In this document: in pieces, positions 1 to 11,431 of the stretch
How the letters are laid out: each line of letters starts with the position of its first letter
Numbering within the stretch: position 1 is the stretch's first letter
DNA from: Novakomyces olei
Lineage: Eukaryota
Assembly (NCBI GenBank): GCA_016906335.1
Contig: JADEYG010000012.1
Span: 620,001-684,000 of the forward strand
DNA: 64,000 nucleotides
Direction: 5' to 3'
Made by a program: the position numbers and the translations under genes
The notes under the pieces: generated by a model
Told to the model about the DNA's origin: nothing
What the model saw: the letters and a program-made list of their open reading frames with translations, nothing else
Databases searched by the model: none

Positions 1-1537
1 CCAGTTTATTCCGGTCATTTGGAAATCTCGAAGCTCTCCGCCCGTAATGTATGAGGGCTGTCGTTCAAGTTTACGAAACTTTGGCCGATGCTGGCCGTTT
101 GCTCCATAGTTTGTACTCCGACTGGGGGCTATTGTACTCGACCGCCGATCGATGTACCGGTCTATTTCCCTCTGAGCCATTTCGCTAACACTCTCACCGC
201 TTTCCCACGTACAGCTATCGTAATAGAGCTGTTTCCATTTGACAAGGTACTCCACCTCATTACTATCAAGGACTCTAGATGCAATTATACGATCAACCGT
301 CTTGTACTCTTCCAATATCTCCTGCCGATGCTCACGCTCTATATCCATGGCTTCAATATCCTCCCGAGTCGTTGATGGGTCCTGCCGTACCTGTTGGTCG
401 TATAGCAAAACATGCTTGATGTAGTTATCCAGCTTTTTGAATCCACGGTAGCCCGATAAAAACTCATAGTTCTCCCAAGTATTGTGCAGATGCGAATAGC
501 CCTGCCATTTAACGAGAAAATCGTATGCTATTTTAGGGTTGTCGCCGTCTTCATCACTGGCAATATCCGCTCGCTTACGATGATCCAATACAACGTCTAT
601 ACCTTCAATAGGCTCGTCGGCAGTTGAGGCCGCTGCTGAACTGCGTTTAGTATAGAGCAGTTCATCGTCTTCCTCATCCGAGCCGTATTCATTTTCCGTG
701 CTGGCCTCTGCGTTCTCTCTGTAATCTTTTGCACGAGCATTTCGTGTTGAAAATCGCACTTGGTCACTCGTGAAATTGCGCTTCACAGCCACGCCTCTTT
801 TCGTCTTGCGTTTATTGCGCACTGATCTGTGGTTTCCTCCAAAATCACTTTCGTTATCTTGATCATCGTTCGCATCATCTTCAGACTCGTCGCTCACTGC
901 GCTTCCATCGAAATCAGCCTCGTCCTCCAGTTTTACGGAATCACGCGCTAGTCTGTTCCTGTGAGCATTATTAGGCCGAGCCTTCTTTTTCGGCCGTGGA
1001 TTATCGTCGGAAGACGCGTCCGACATCTGTAAATTAGTTTCATTTTTCTCGGCACAAGCTCTATCCTGATCCATGCATCCACAAGGGTGAAAGGAATCCT
1101 TACCGGTGTTAAACTTTTTGCAGGAAGACGGGCTCGGCCCTAGAAACGAGTTAGTATACGACGGTAGAGCAGAGCAGCGGCAAATGGCAAATAATTTAAT
1201 AGAGCAAGGAATTGCCATAGACGGCAGGCGCGTCCGGGAAAAAAGGTCTTACAGAACGACGAAGGCCGTAAAGAGCAGGATTGACTTCAGCCTCCGCTAC
1301 TACATCATCATCATCATCTTGAGCGACCAAGTCAGCGGCACCTTCCCTGTCAGATTCGGTTTCTGTGCCGGAATCATTGCGAGTATTGCTCGGCTCTGAA
1401 GGTGTGAACGCCGACGGAGCAGAGGCAGCGACAGCAACAGGGAAAGTTGCAGGGAGAGCCGTATGATTGCTTATAGCAGAGGCAGACTGATCCACATCGT
1501 GAGAATGATCATGAACTGCCGCTGTTGTTGCCTGCAT
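1..1537 (-). CDS. CHD1: Chromodomain helicase CHD1/Hrp1-3, 5' part (continues beyond the window start); exons ~1537-1253, 1139-1104, 1026-<1
   Basis: Spliced translation gives PALYGLRRS|GR, tandem chromodomains (YDFLVKWQGYSHLHNTWE; EYLVKWKQLYYDSCTWE) and the SNF2 start GGELRDFQMTGINW. Both introns have GTAAG donors and AG acceptors. Confidence 0.92.
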
Positions 1538-3073
1538 TGCGTGAGAAATCGATGGGTCGATACACACGAGCGACACGCGTCGCGTGTCGCTGCGTTTTCA
1601 CAATATTTGAGCCAAAAACGCTAAATTGCCGGCCGTTACGGTTCCGCGGGGAGAAGGTTAGACAGCGATACGGTCGAGGCGGATTAGCGCAGCAGACGCT
1701 ATTGCTCGCCGAATAATAGCCCAGAATATATAGGGAGCCAGCTGCCTATATATGAAACGATATCCCGAGGCCGTTGACACAGGGTCTGAGATGGAGCACA
1801 AACTCGGGCCGAAAAATAATTGGAAAAAGACCGGCAGGAATTCAGGCTCTGCAAGTCTGAGCACACGGATTATTGGGTGCAGACGTAAACCTGCAGCGTC
1901 GTCTTTCCCTCAAAGTGCTTATCTGCCACTCGACACCCGATTATGGCAGCGTCAGAGAAGTCAGCTAAACACCGGAAGGAAAGTATAGTAATTTGTACTC
2001 GGGAATATTGGACGGGTGGTGGACTATAAAAAACCCAAAAGTTTGTGTTTAAATGTGTTTAAATAAAGCGATTCTATGATTGTGTAAGATCCATATGTAG
2101 AGAGAGGGAGCGTAAAGCAGAAAAAATGGGAAAAGGAATAAATTTAATACACGTTTGTTTGAAACATACAAGCAATCAAGTACAAGACCCCTGTTTGTCT
2201 ATATCGACGACAGCAAACTGCCGTTCTGGCGTAGTTTTTACATATAGATATACATGACAAGGCGATGTAGTACCGATATTGCGGGTCGGAACGATTGCGC
2301 CGCTGTAATAAATTTGCCAGCGGTTGTTTAATGGGCATAAATCTCATATAGTCATTGTGTTGGTTTGCTTGCTACCGACAAAGTTAGCGCACCATAACCC
2401 TTTATATTGGATGCAGAAGCAATTGGAGTTATAAATAACCGTTGCGAATCGGAAACGGTACATAAGGAAATCGTACACGAAGCTGAAACCGATGATTTAG
2501 TTTACCTGATTTTGCTCGAATCTAGTTGCTGCCTGAAATTAAAAGAATTTACGGTTGTCTTGACAAGAACCTCGTTCGACGAGATTTATTACTACCCTAT
2601 CCCTCCACGTCTGCGCACGCGTGTTATACTCAGAGAACCTGGTGATGACTATTTGGTTTCTAGACTTACAGAAACATGGTTCCGTTAGTAATGGAAGTTG
2701 AAATTTTGAATAATTATGGATGCAGTTCGTTTGTCTCTGCCTCAACGAGTGACTGAATTGTCTCTCTACACAATAATAGCCTACAATGAATGACTCGTAT
2801 AGCCAGCAGGTTAAACCCTATATCATGTGTACACTGGCGCATACTATTCTCAAGCAGATTTAATTGATTAAATGCGACTTAAAATTAAAACACTGAAACC
2901 AAACAGGTTCAAGCGAGGATGAAGCGAAAATCAAGCGACAGCCATCGTAAGCTTGTAGTTTATTCGGATTACGAGCTCTGATCGACACAGTAACCCAATG
3001 GTTTTTAGTATATAAGTACAAAAATTTCTACGCCATATAAACCCATGTCGCAGGCCTCAACACGTTATTGAAT

Positions 3074-3096
3074 ACATACATACATACATACATACG
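3074..3096. repeat. (TACA)n microsatellite upstream of RLI1
   Basis: tacatacatacatacatacatac read directly. Confidence 0.85.
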
Positions 3097-3248
3097 TATG
3101 TACTGCAAACGCCAATAAGAAAGCAGGAAATGCGTATATATAAAATTCATCTAGAATTACAGAAAAAGATTATATACACGAAAAAGAAGAGAAAAAAATA
3201 ATAGACGTCAGGCCAAGCGAGGCGCAAAGAGCATAGGGAGACAACAAT

Positions 3249-5169
3249 ATGCCTGACTCGCTGACGCGTATTGCTATTGTGAACCCGGACAGGTGTAAAC
3301 CAAAGGTAGCCTTGATCGTTTTGATATGATTTTTGTCTCCTTACAAATATTTTCCGGTTTACTGACGACTGGTAGAAATGCCGACAAGAGTGCCGGAAAT
3401 CGTGTCCTGTCGTACGCACAGGCAAGCTTTGTATTGAAGTTACGCCTGCATCGCGGATTGCGTGGATATCGGAAACGCTATGGTAGGCTATCAAAAGAGG
3501 GAGATCACCTCAACTTAAAGTATCGTCAAATCTTTACTCATAATCTAGTATTGGATGTGGCATATGTGTGAAAAAGTGTCCATTTGATGCGATTAATATT
3601 ATCAACCTCCCTACGAATCTCGACAAGGAAGTGACTCATCGCTATTCGGCAAATGCTTTCAAATTGCACAGGCTGCCTATGCCCCGACCGGGCCAGGTTC
3701 TTGGGCTCGTAGGAACTAACGGTATCGGCAAATCAACAGCTCTCAAGATCCTGTCGGGGAAATTGAAGCCTAATCTGGGCCAATACGACAATCCACCAGA
3801 CTGGCAGGATGTGATTAAATATTTCCGTGGCAGTGAACTGCAAAATTATTTTATAAAGGTGCTTGAAGACAACATTAAAGCTATTACGAAGCCGCAATAC
3901 GTGGACCAGATCCCGCGTGCTATTCGTAAGGATATGCCACGCAATGTCAAAGTCTTGCTTGAAGCCAAAGCAGAGGGAACAAATTTAGAAGATATGAAAG
4001 ATGCCCTCGAGCTAAACGGACTAATGACGCGTGAAATAGATCAGCTTTCTGGTGGTGAACTGCAAAGATTCGCTATTGCTCTGACTTGTGTGCAAAAAGC
4101 AGACGTTTTCATGTTTGATGAGCCATCATCGTACCTTGATGTTAAGCAGCGGTTGAATGCTGCTCGTACCATTCGCTCGCTTCTTGGTGCTGATAATTAT
4201 GTTATCGCTGTTGAGCACGATCTTTCTATCCTCGATTATTTGTCCGACTTTGTATGTGTTTTGTATGGCATGCCTTCTGTGTACGGTGTTGTCACATTGC
4301 CGTACAGTGTTCGTGAGGGTATCAATATCTTTTTGGACGGCCATATTCCAACGGAAAACTTGCGATTCCGTCATGAATCTCTTGTTTTCCGTATTGCTGA
4401 CACGGCTGATGATTTGCTGGTAAAGCAGGAAGGGTCTTTTGATTATCCTTCTACCCGTAAAGTACAGGGAAACTTTACTCTGAATGTAGAATCCGGACAT
4501 TTTACAGACTCTGAGATTATTGTCATGCTGGGCCAGAATGGAACGGGTAAAACGACTTTCTGCAAATGGATGGCACAAACTTCTGAAATGAAGATTAGCA
4601 TGAAGCCTCAGACTATTGCACCAAAGTTCCAGGGAACTGTACGTATGCTTTTCTTTAAAAAGATCAGGGCGGCTTTCTGTAATTCTACTTTCCAGAGCGA
4701 CGTGTGCAAGCCGCTCAACATTGATAATATTATCGATCAGGAGGTTCAGAATTTGTCTGGAGGTGAACTTCAGCGAGTTGCTCTCGTACTTGCACTAGGT
4801 CAGCCGGCCGATGTCTACATTATTGACGAGCCTTCGGCTTACTTAGATTCTGAGCAGCGTATCATTGCTGCCAAAGTGATTAAGCGCTTTATCCTGAACG
4901 CTAAGAAATCGGCTTTTGTGGTAGAGCACGATTTTATCATGGCTACTTATCTGGCTGATAGAGTAATTCTGTTTGATGGCAAGCCCTCAGTTGAGAGCTT
5001 TGCCCATGCTCCGGAATCTCTGCTTACGGGTATGAACAAGTTTCTCAAGTCTCTAGATGTTACTTTCCGGCGCGACCCAAGCACCTTCCGACCTCGCATC
5101 AACAAGCTCGACTCGCAAATGGATCAAGAGCAAAAATTATCGGGCAACTACTTCTTCCTTGAGTCGTAG
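3249..5169 (+). CDS. RLI1: ABCE1/RLI1 ribosome recycling ATPase; introns 3306-3375 and 3483-3548
   Basis: [32 protein letters not shown]...[14 protein letters not shown]e-S domain, two ABC domains ([16 protein letters not shown] twice) and C-terminal GNYFFLES. Confidence 0.97.
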
Positions 5170-5532
5170 AGCGCTTGGAAGAGTGTTTTTGGGCATGCAC
5201 TTACACGCCTTTATAGTTCGCATACAGTGCTATGTTGAGTTCAGTCACACCGAGTATATCAGACGCAAAAGCATTGACTTTATTGGCTGTTCTTTAACAG
5301 TTTCATCTGGTTGCTCAAGCAGTCTACTCACTGCAGGGTGCTTTACATAATTTTAATTTGGTATAATTTTAATGCCATTTAAATTTAGTAATCTAGGAAT
5401 TTGATAAAGTTTTAATTTCCTCGATTTGTTCCCGTACGATCGTTCATCCGCTCAGGGTACGCTGATTCATGCAAGCGATAGCCAGCAAGCACCGTCGCCT
5501 ATCAAGTAGAAACCTTTTCGAATTATCATATT

Positions 5533-5551
5533 TAACCCTAATTAACCCTAA
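5533..5551. promoter_or_regulatory. Tandem telo-box (TAACCCTAA x2), putative Tbf1/Teb1-type site
   Basis: taaccctaattaaccctaa about 170 nt upstream of the TRS65-like ATG. Similar TTAGGGTTAGGG at ~18375 and TTAGGGTT at ~25810. Confidence 0.45.
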
Positions 5552-5716
5552 TAAGTACGTATATAATGATAAATAGAAATAAAAGGCATAGAAGAAATAT
5601 AGGATAGAAGAAATACAGGGTAGAAATGTATCTATTAGGGTAGATGTAATAATGGTGAGCGACACGAAAGAAGCCAAATGCCACAGGCAGACAGGTTATA
5701 GCTGTGCATTGCACGA

Positions 5717-7702
5717 ATGGTATCGGCCGCTGGAACAATTATAGAGCAGGCAGCCTTGAGTGTTGTAGTGCCTCGGGAACCATGCAGCTCGGAGCAAGAG
5801 TTTTTCGAGCCAATAGTCCAGCGACAACATGTCTTTTACGGTAAAGAAGGGGAAAGATGCAAAAGGACAAACTGGCTAATATTACAGACGAGCCAATTGT
5901 TATCTATGTAATTATGCTCTTTGAGACGGTGATAGACGCCGAAGAGGCATCTGGACTATCAGCGCTTGTCGATATCAGTGTAAATGACAGTGGATCTGCT
6001 GCAATTCGCTCGCGCCAGAGTTCACTAAACGACGGCAATGCCTCGGCGCAGTCGCCAACGGTTCCACGGTACCACGTGACAAGCCTCAAAATTTCTAGCT
6101 TTGAAGTATACAAAAACTCGGAAACGGAAACGCCAGGCTTCAGATCCGTGGTAGTGGGTAAACACGAACTGCACTTACCCAATATCCGTGTGCGTATGGA
6201 GAGTGCCCGTGCGAGTATAACTGCGTCAATTACCACTACACAGGCGCCTGAGGCCGTTGCACAGAGCACAGAGTATACATCAGACATGATCTTTAGGTTG
6301 GATCCATTACAGGGCATTGTCGATGAGAATGGTCGGCCTATCCAAGGACTGAATCTAGCACGCGCTGCCAACACCGCTCTGCCTGACCCGGGGAATAGCA
6401 AAGCCAATGGGACTCGGAAACTGGTGGCCTCAACCTCCGTCAGCTGCTGTCCAGCACTGACTTTTCACTTGAAAACTTTCCCGTTAGCTACGGCTGAGCC
6501 GACTATGCTCCTGGCCATTGAGAGCCAGCCATGGCCACGGATGCCTTTGCGGCTGGCAGTGCAGGATGTGACTGCACGTATTACGGGGAAAACGGCTTTA
6601 CAGTTTGCATCGCTCACGCCAATCGTGGATAAATCGGAAGCTAATCAATTGGAGGGTAATCAATTGGAGGGTAATCAATTGGAGGGTAATCAATTGGAGG
6701 GCAACAAGGGGAAAGAGTACCTGCAGACTCACGATTACTTGTCTACCATATACAGACTGTCAAGGTTTGACATGGGCTCCGGCAGCACTAGTGCCGGCTC
6801 TGGCCCCGGTCAAGTACCGGACGTAGTGCCGATAACAATATACTCAAAGCTACAATGTCTCCTGGACGAATCCACACAGCTCTGGTCAAAGCAGATCGTG
6901 AGCGAGTGGAATGTTAATGTTGCCTTTTCCACTCACGAACGGAGTAAAACCGGTGCAAATGGCACTGCAACGCCTGCACAGACTGCACGCAGCTCAGCAC
7001 GCAACAGTGTCTCTACTGCTCTGGTAGCGGTATCGCCACCGGCGCCGGAAACCCGGTCATCCTTCTACCAAACATCCCACCGTGGTATTCACGTGACTAT
7101 TAATTATCCCAACATTGTCGCCTTGGACAGGGACTTTGATCTAAGTATCGGTATCAGCAACGCCTCTCCGCGCACGCTGAGGGCTATGGTGTATGCCGCC
7201 TGGGTCACGCGTGGCCCCCAGACCAGTGGGCAAGGCTACCCGAGCGGCGGGAGGCATACAAAAACAAAGAGTCTGCCTCCCGTACCGGTAGACGATTCGG
7301 ATAGTTTTGTTGGTGGCGGCAATAGTAGTACTGCCAGTGTACCCGCTGCTGCTCACGCTAAAGTATGGGAGTCAGTCTCCGGGCGGGTAGTGAACGCGGC
7401 GACCAAGCAGTTACGTGAAATTTCACTAAAAGAAGCCCCGACGGCTGTGGTGCCGCACCAGCTGCAGCTTTACTTTGGGTGAGCCATTTACTAGGAGGCG
7501 TGTTTGAGCTAATCAGTATTTCAGGCCGATAAGCAGCGGCAAGCAGATGCAGAAGCAGTGGAGATTGACGGCCAGGAAAACAGGTCTATTGACCATCGGA
7601 CCGGTGGACGTTGTCGTCCTGGACCATCAGAACCGTAGGCAGTCACAGAGCGTTTTCCGAATATCTCCTGGTATAGTACTGCGCTGCCATAGCCAAGTGT
7701 AA
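5717..7702 (+). CDS. TRS65: TRAPP II subunit Trs65-like protein; introns ~5841-5886 and ~7479-7524
   Basis: Spliced N-terminus QRQHVFY|DEPIVIYV resembles the Trs65 'xFYDE' motif. A long central ORF is followed by a last exon GPISSGKQ...VDVVVLD...SQV*. The family call is from memory. Confidence 0.55.
6643..6702 (+). repeat. Coding 15-bp tandem repeat AATCAATTGGAGGGT x4 (NQLEG)
   Basis: Read directly; the ORF shows NQLEG four times. Confidence 0.9.
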
Positions 7703-8035
7703 TGGCCACACTACTGTCCTGAATATGTACACGTGCCCCGTCACACGGCACTCACGCGAAAACCTGCTCGTGTCTTTGGCCGTGCTGAATATCCTCGTTC
7801 CGCCTTTGGCCTCTGAGTGTAGCCAATCGGCCAAATGTGGATTGGAGACTTTAGAATCTCTGAGGGGAGAAGGGAACAGCTGCCGGACAAGAGGCTGCTT
7901 AGGGCTGCGGACCAGTGGGTTTCCCTAGTGGCCTTATGCAGGTTCGGTTGTGCATAGTAAATGGTCCCTGCAACCTGGACTTGCTTTTAAACGTCTTTTA
8001 CAGCGATTAAAGGGAGGACTGTGGTTTTCTGATTT

Positions 8036-8141
8036 TCTTTTACATATGTGAATCTTTACATATATGATTCTTTTACGTATGTGATTCTTTTACGTATGTG
8101 ATTCTTTTACGTATGTTATGATGCTCTTACATATGTGATTC
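8036..8141. repeat. Degenerate ~17-bp tandem repeat (TTTTACRTATGTGATTC)
   Basis: About 5-6 imperfect copies in the TRS65-ZRT1 intergenic region. Confidence 0.8.
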
Positions 8142-8426
8142 TATCAGTAGACAACACCATCAGCCAGACCCAAAGTGGGACTCTGCCGATTTTCTTGTGG
8201 TTATTTTATTCAAACCGATTTATTCAAAAACGAGACCGAGTAAACGAGTAGGCAGGATGATTGATTATTAATTGCTTTCATATGATTGAGCACAAGGCAG
8301 GCGTAAAAATGACCCATCTGCCCGTCCACGCTTGTCTGCCATTTGTGCCAAAAGAGCACCGTCTGATCAATGAGATGCTTACTTTTTATCCAGCCAATCA
8401 CAGCCAACCATATATAATAATACACA

Positions 8427-8719
8427 ACCACCAAGGTTATCCCGTGAAAATTGGGTAGTAAGATCACCGAATGCGTTAGTACCTTGGGAGTTATCGCCGA
8501 GCTCTCGGTAACGGACTTACGATGGATAAAACACGACCTTGGTGGTTCTGCCGTTAAACGAACAGTGTCGTGTTTGGTCTGAAAAATTTACGGTTTCGCA
8601 GATAGTGCATCAATCAATCAATCGGTTCGTGTACCAAGAAATTTTCTGTAATTTCTTCGTCATAAGATTATATAATGCATAGTATATATATCTCTCTCGA
8701 TGGACGCGGCATTGAAGGT
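8427..8719. promoter_or_regulatory. Cluster of zinc-response-element-like sites (ACCTTG/CAAGGT core)
   Basis: ACCACCAAGGT 8427-8437, ACCTTGGGAGT 8481-8491, ACCTTGGTGGT 8536-8546 and GCATTGAAGGT 8709-8719 lie upstream of a ZIP transporter. They resemble the Zap1 ZRE ACCTTNAAGGT and the ZafA CARGGT core. Confidence 0.6.
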
Positions 8720-9019
8720 CTCCCGATAAGCCTTTTGATCTCTTTTGGCGGCGGCATTTGAAAGCTTCCCCTTTCTTTAGTCTTTCAGATTTTATTTGTT
8801 TTCGCTGCAGCTTGCTGTTGCGCAGCCTTTTACTCTCTTGTGCCGAATTACCATCAATTCAGTAATTAATTGCCTTCCGCGCTGACTGTGCCTGGCATTT
8901 GTTTCATTTGTTAATACCCCAATTTTAATCAGACCGGATCTGTACTGTGCAGGTCTGGTCGCATCAATCAGCCATAGGATTTATCGCATTCTACTGGTAA
9001 AGTTGAACCATCTGCAGCT

Positions 9020-10051
9020 ATGGACGAAGATATTTGCTCAGCTGAAAGCAGCTACGATGGCAATTTAGGGGCTCGCATTTCTGCTGTATTCGTAATTTTA
9101 GTCATCTCAACCGCGGGAACAATGCTCCCTCTGGCTACAAAAAACTGGCAGCAGCGATGGCCTAAATTACAGTGGATTTATATTGTTGCGCGCTTTTTCG
9201 GAACAGGCGTCATTGGGGCTACGGCTTTTATTCACTTGCTCGCACCGGCTTACGATGAATTTGACATTGTTTCTACTTGCGTCGGCGGGGGTTGGACTTT
9301 GTACGACTGGGTTCCGTGCCTGGTTTTTGTCGCGGCAATTGGCACATTTCTCATTGACATTTCTGCCGCACAGTATGTGTATAAGAAATACAACATCTCT
9401 TTGCACGATATGAGCAACGAAGAGCCTCATGTACACGAAACTGCTGCAATCGGGGCAGAAACCAGTCCCGGCGCTGGCTCGGAACGAGCTCAGGCATATG
9501 AAAAAACCCAAAAGATAGAAGACAATGAATCTGACGATGCTTCAGAGTTTAAACGCCGGCTCAGAGTTAAACAGCAAATCTCTGGATACCTCATCCTTGA
9601 GTTTGGAGTGCTTTTCCACAGTGTTATTATCGGCCTAAATTTGGGCTCTACCGGCGACAGTTTCGGTAGTCTTTATGCCGTCTTGGTGTTTCATCAAACA
9701 TTTGAAGGTCTCGGTCTCGGCGCCCGCTTGTCGGCTATTCCGTTTCAGAAAAGGTCTCCCATCCCGTGGCTGCTGTGCTTGGCTTACGGTCTTACTACAC
9801 CTGTCTCTATTGCCATTGGTATTGGCGTCAGATACTCCTACTCTGGAGATACCGTTACCGCGAGCATAGTGTCCTGCATTCTCGACTCCCTTTCGTCTGG
9901 TATATTGATTTATACATTTTTCGTTGAAATGGTGGCGCACGATTTCTTTTATGATCCTCATCGAAATCGAGATACAAAGATGCTGTATTTCTGCATTTTC
10001 TGTATGTTACTCGGTGGAGGCTTGATGGCGCTTCTCGGAAAATGGGCTTAA
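9020..10051 (+). CDS. ZRT1: ZIP-family zinc transporter (Zrt1-like), intronless
   Basis: ARFFGTGVIGATAFIHLL, ILEFGVLFHSVIIGL, HQTFEGLGLG and C-terminal LMALLGKWA. Confidence 0.95.
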   Translation: MDEDICSAESSYDGNLGARISAVFVILVISTAGTMLPLATKNWQQRWPKLQWIYIVARFFGTGVIGATAFIHLLAPAYDEFDIVSTCVGGGWTLYDWVPCLVFVAAIGTFLIDISAAQYVYKKYNISLHDMSNEEPHVHETAAIGAETSPGAGSERAQAYEKTQKIEDNESDDASEFKRRLRVKQQISGYLILEFGVLFHSVIIGLNLGSTGDSFGSLYAVLVFHQTFEGLGLGARLSAIPFQKRSPIPWLLCLAYGLTTPVSIAIGIGVRYSYSGDTVTASIVSCILDSLSSGILIYTFFVEMVAHDFFYDPHRNRDTKMLYFCIFCMLLGGGLMALLGKWA

Positions 10052-10712
10052 AACTTTTAATATCGGTGGACGAGTCACAGACGAATGCTTCGATGTTGCT
10101 GTGGTGTTGTACGTCTGTTTCGATCTCGGCTTTTTTAATAGATCACTTGAAATACCTAGACTAATCTGAATTATTGATACATGTGCGTACCTGATTTACG
10201 TTGTTCATTCATGGCTCTGTAATATTAAATTGTTTCTCATGTGCTGAAGCATAGCAATTGCACCAATCACAATGATTTGGCAAGATTTAAAGCAATCTCA
10301 GCTCTGCTGTCGAGGTCTGATATAAAATGGTACTTAATCTACAAACTTGGAAAAGGACGTGCATTTGTGTTGAATACAAAGGGCAAAGATCTACTGATCT
10401 CCAGATAATAGGCATACGCTACAAGTAGAAATGTAAAATTGTTGGTCACACTCCACGAAGGCTTACAAGAACCCTAGTTCCGCAACGGAAAGAGTACGAC
10501 AAAGGCTAATTGTTATTAAACAGTGATATCCATAGTGGTCGCATATATTGCACAGTCTTGGAATACGCACGCAACAGTGCCTGAGCGGTCCAACCCGTTC
10601 AAACGAGCGTGATTTGTCCGTCAGCTGCTATTATACTCCCTGGCATGACCCTAAACACTGACGGCAGGATTACATAATTTAATCAAGACTTAATATGCAA
10701 AGATATATTAAA

Positions 10713-11125
10713 TTATGCCTTCAAGTAGTAGACAACGTTCTTTGAGAAATGACGGTCCTTCTTGGCCTGCTTGGTCGTCTTGCGAGACGCCTCGAATTTG
10801 GTCAATTGTCGCCGCAGAGCGCGAGTCTTTTTGGCACGGAGATCCAAAGGTTGGTATTTCTTTCCGGCATAGTGTGCACGCAGCGCAGTGCGCTGTTGCT
10901 GTGAAATAACAGTGAGAACACGGGCGATATCCTTGCGAACCGTTGAGCTACAAAGGTTAACACGTTAATCCGTGGTCAAAAGCCTCACATTTTAGACAGC
11001 TTGGAAGCAGAGCCGCCTGCAATTTTCTGTACACGCAAAGAAGCCAGCTCCTGGCGCAGCTCCTCGAGCTTGGCCTCCAGGTCAGCTTTACTCTGCTTGC
11101 GCAGCTCGAACGTTTTGGCCGCCAT
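10713..11125 (-). CDS. RPL35: 60S ribosomal protein L35 (uL29); intron ~10990-10948
   Basis: Absent from the ORF track. Manual translation: [34 protein letters not shown]...[17 protein letters not shown]...[21 protein letters not shown]...YYLKA*. Confidence 0.95.
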
Positions 11126-11187
11126 TTGTGTGTAGTGTATGTGTATGGATTACTGGCGCTGCAATGTTGTTGTTGCTAGTATTGTTG

Positions 11188-11209
11188 CGTGACTGCTTGT
11201 TTGCCCTAA
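11188..11209 (-). promoter_or_regulatory. Homol D-like (CAGTCACG) plus TTAGGGC element in the RPL35 promoter
   Basis: Plus strand CGTGACTG 11188-11195 and GCCCTAA 11203-11209, the same layout as in the RPL9 promoter. Confidence 0.7.
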
Positions 11210-11304
11210 TGGAAGTGGGTTTGGCACAATTATGTATTTATGCCATAAAGCATCTTTAAAATAATTATCAGGTCCACCTTACAAGTAGTTTAAAGAGCAA
11301 GGCA

Positions 11305-11357
11305 TCTGAGTAACAAGTAATCTGAGTAATAAGTAATCTGAGTAATAAGTAATCTGA
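11305..11357. repeat. 16-bp tandem repeat (TCTGAGTAAYAAGTAA) x3
   Basis: Read directly in the RPL35/GOS1 divergent promoter. Confidence 0.85.
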
Positions 11358-11431
11358 CCAGTTTTGACCATCTTCCATCACGTGACCCTCTCGAAACAAA
11401 GCTGAAATATTGAACGACCGTTTTCGCGGCA

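Noticed and set aside
1760-1990. Telomerase RNA or U1 snRNA (GAGTTTGTGCTC P6.1-like stem; ATACTTTCCTT on the minus strand)
   Set aside because: There is no CTAACCCTAA template on that strand nearby. The U1 ACTTACC end and the GATCA and ATTGCAC loops are absent.
2642-2756. GTGATGA...CTGA pair as a second C/D snoRNA
   Set aside because: I recognised no rRNA-complementary guide and no terminal stem.
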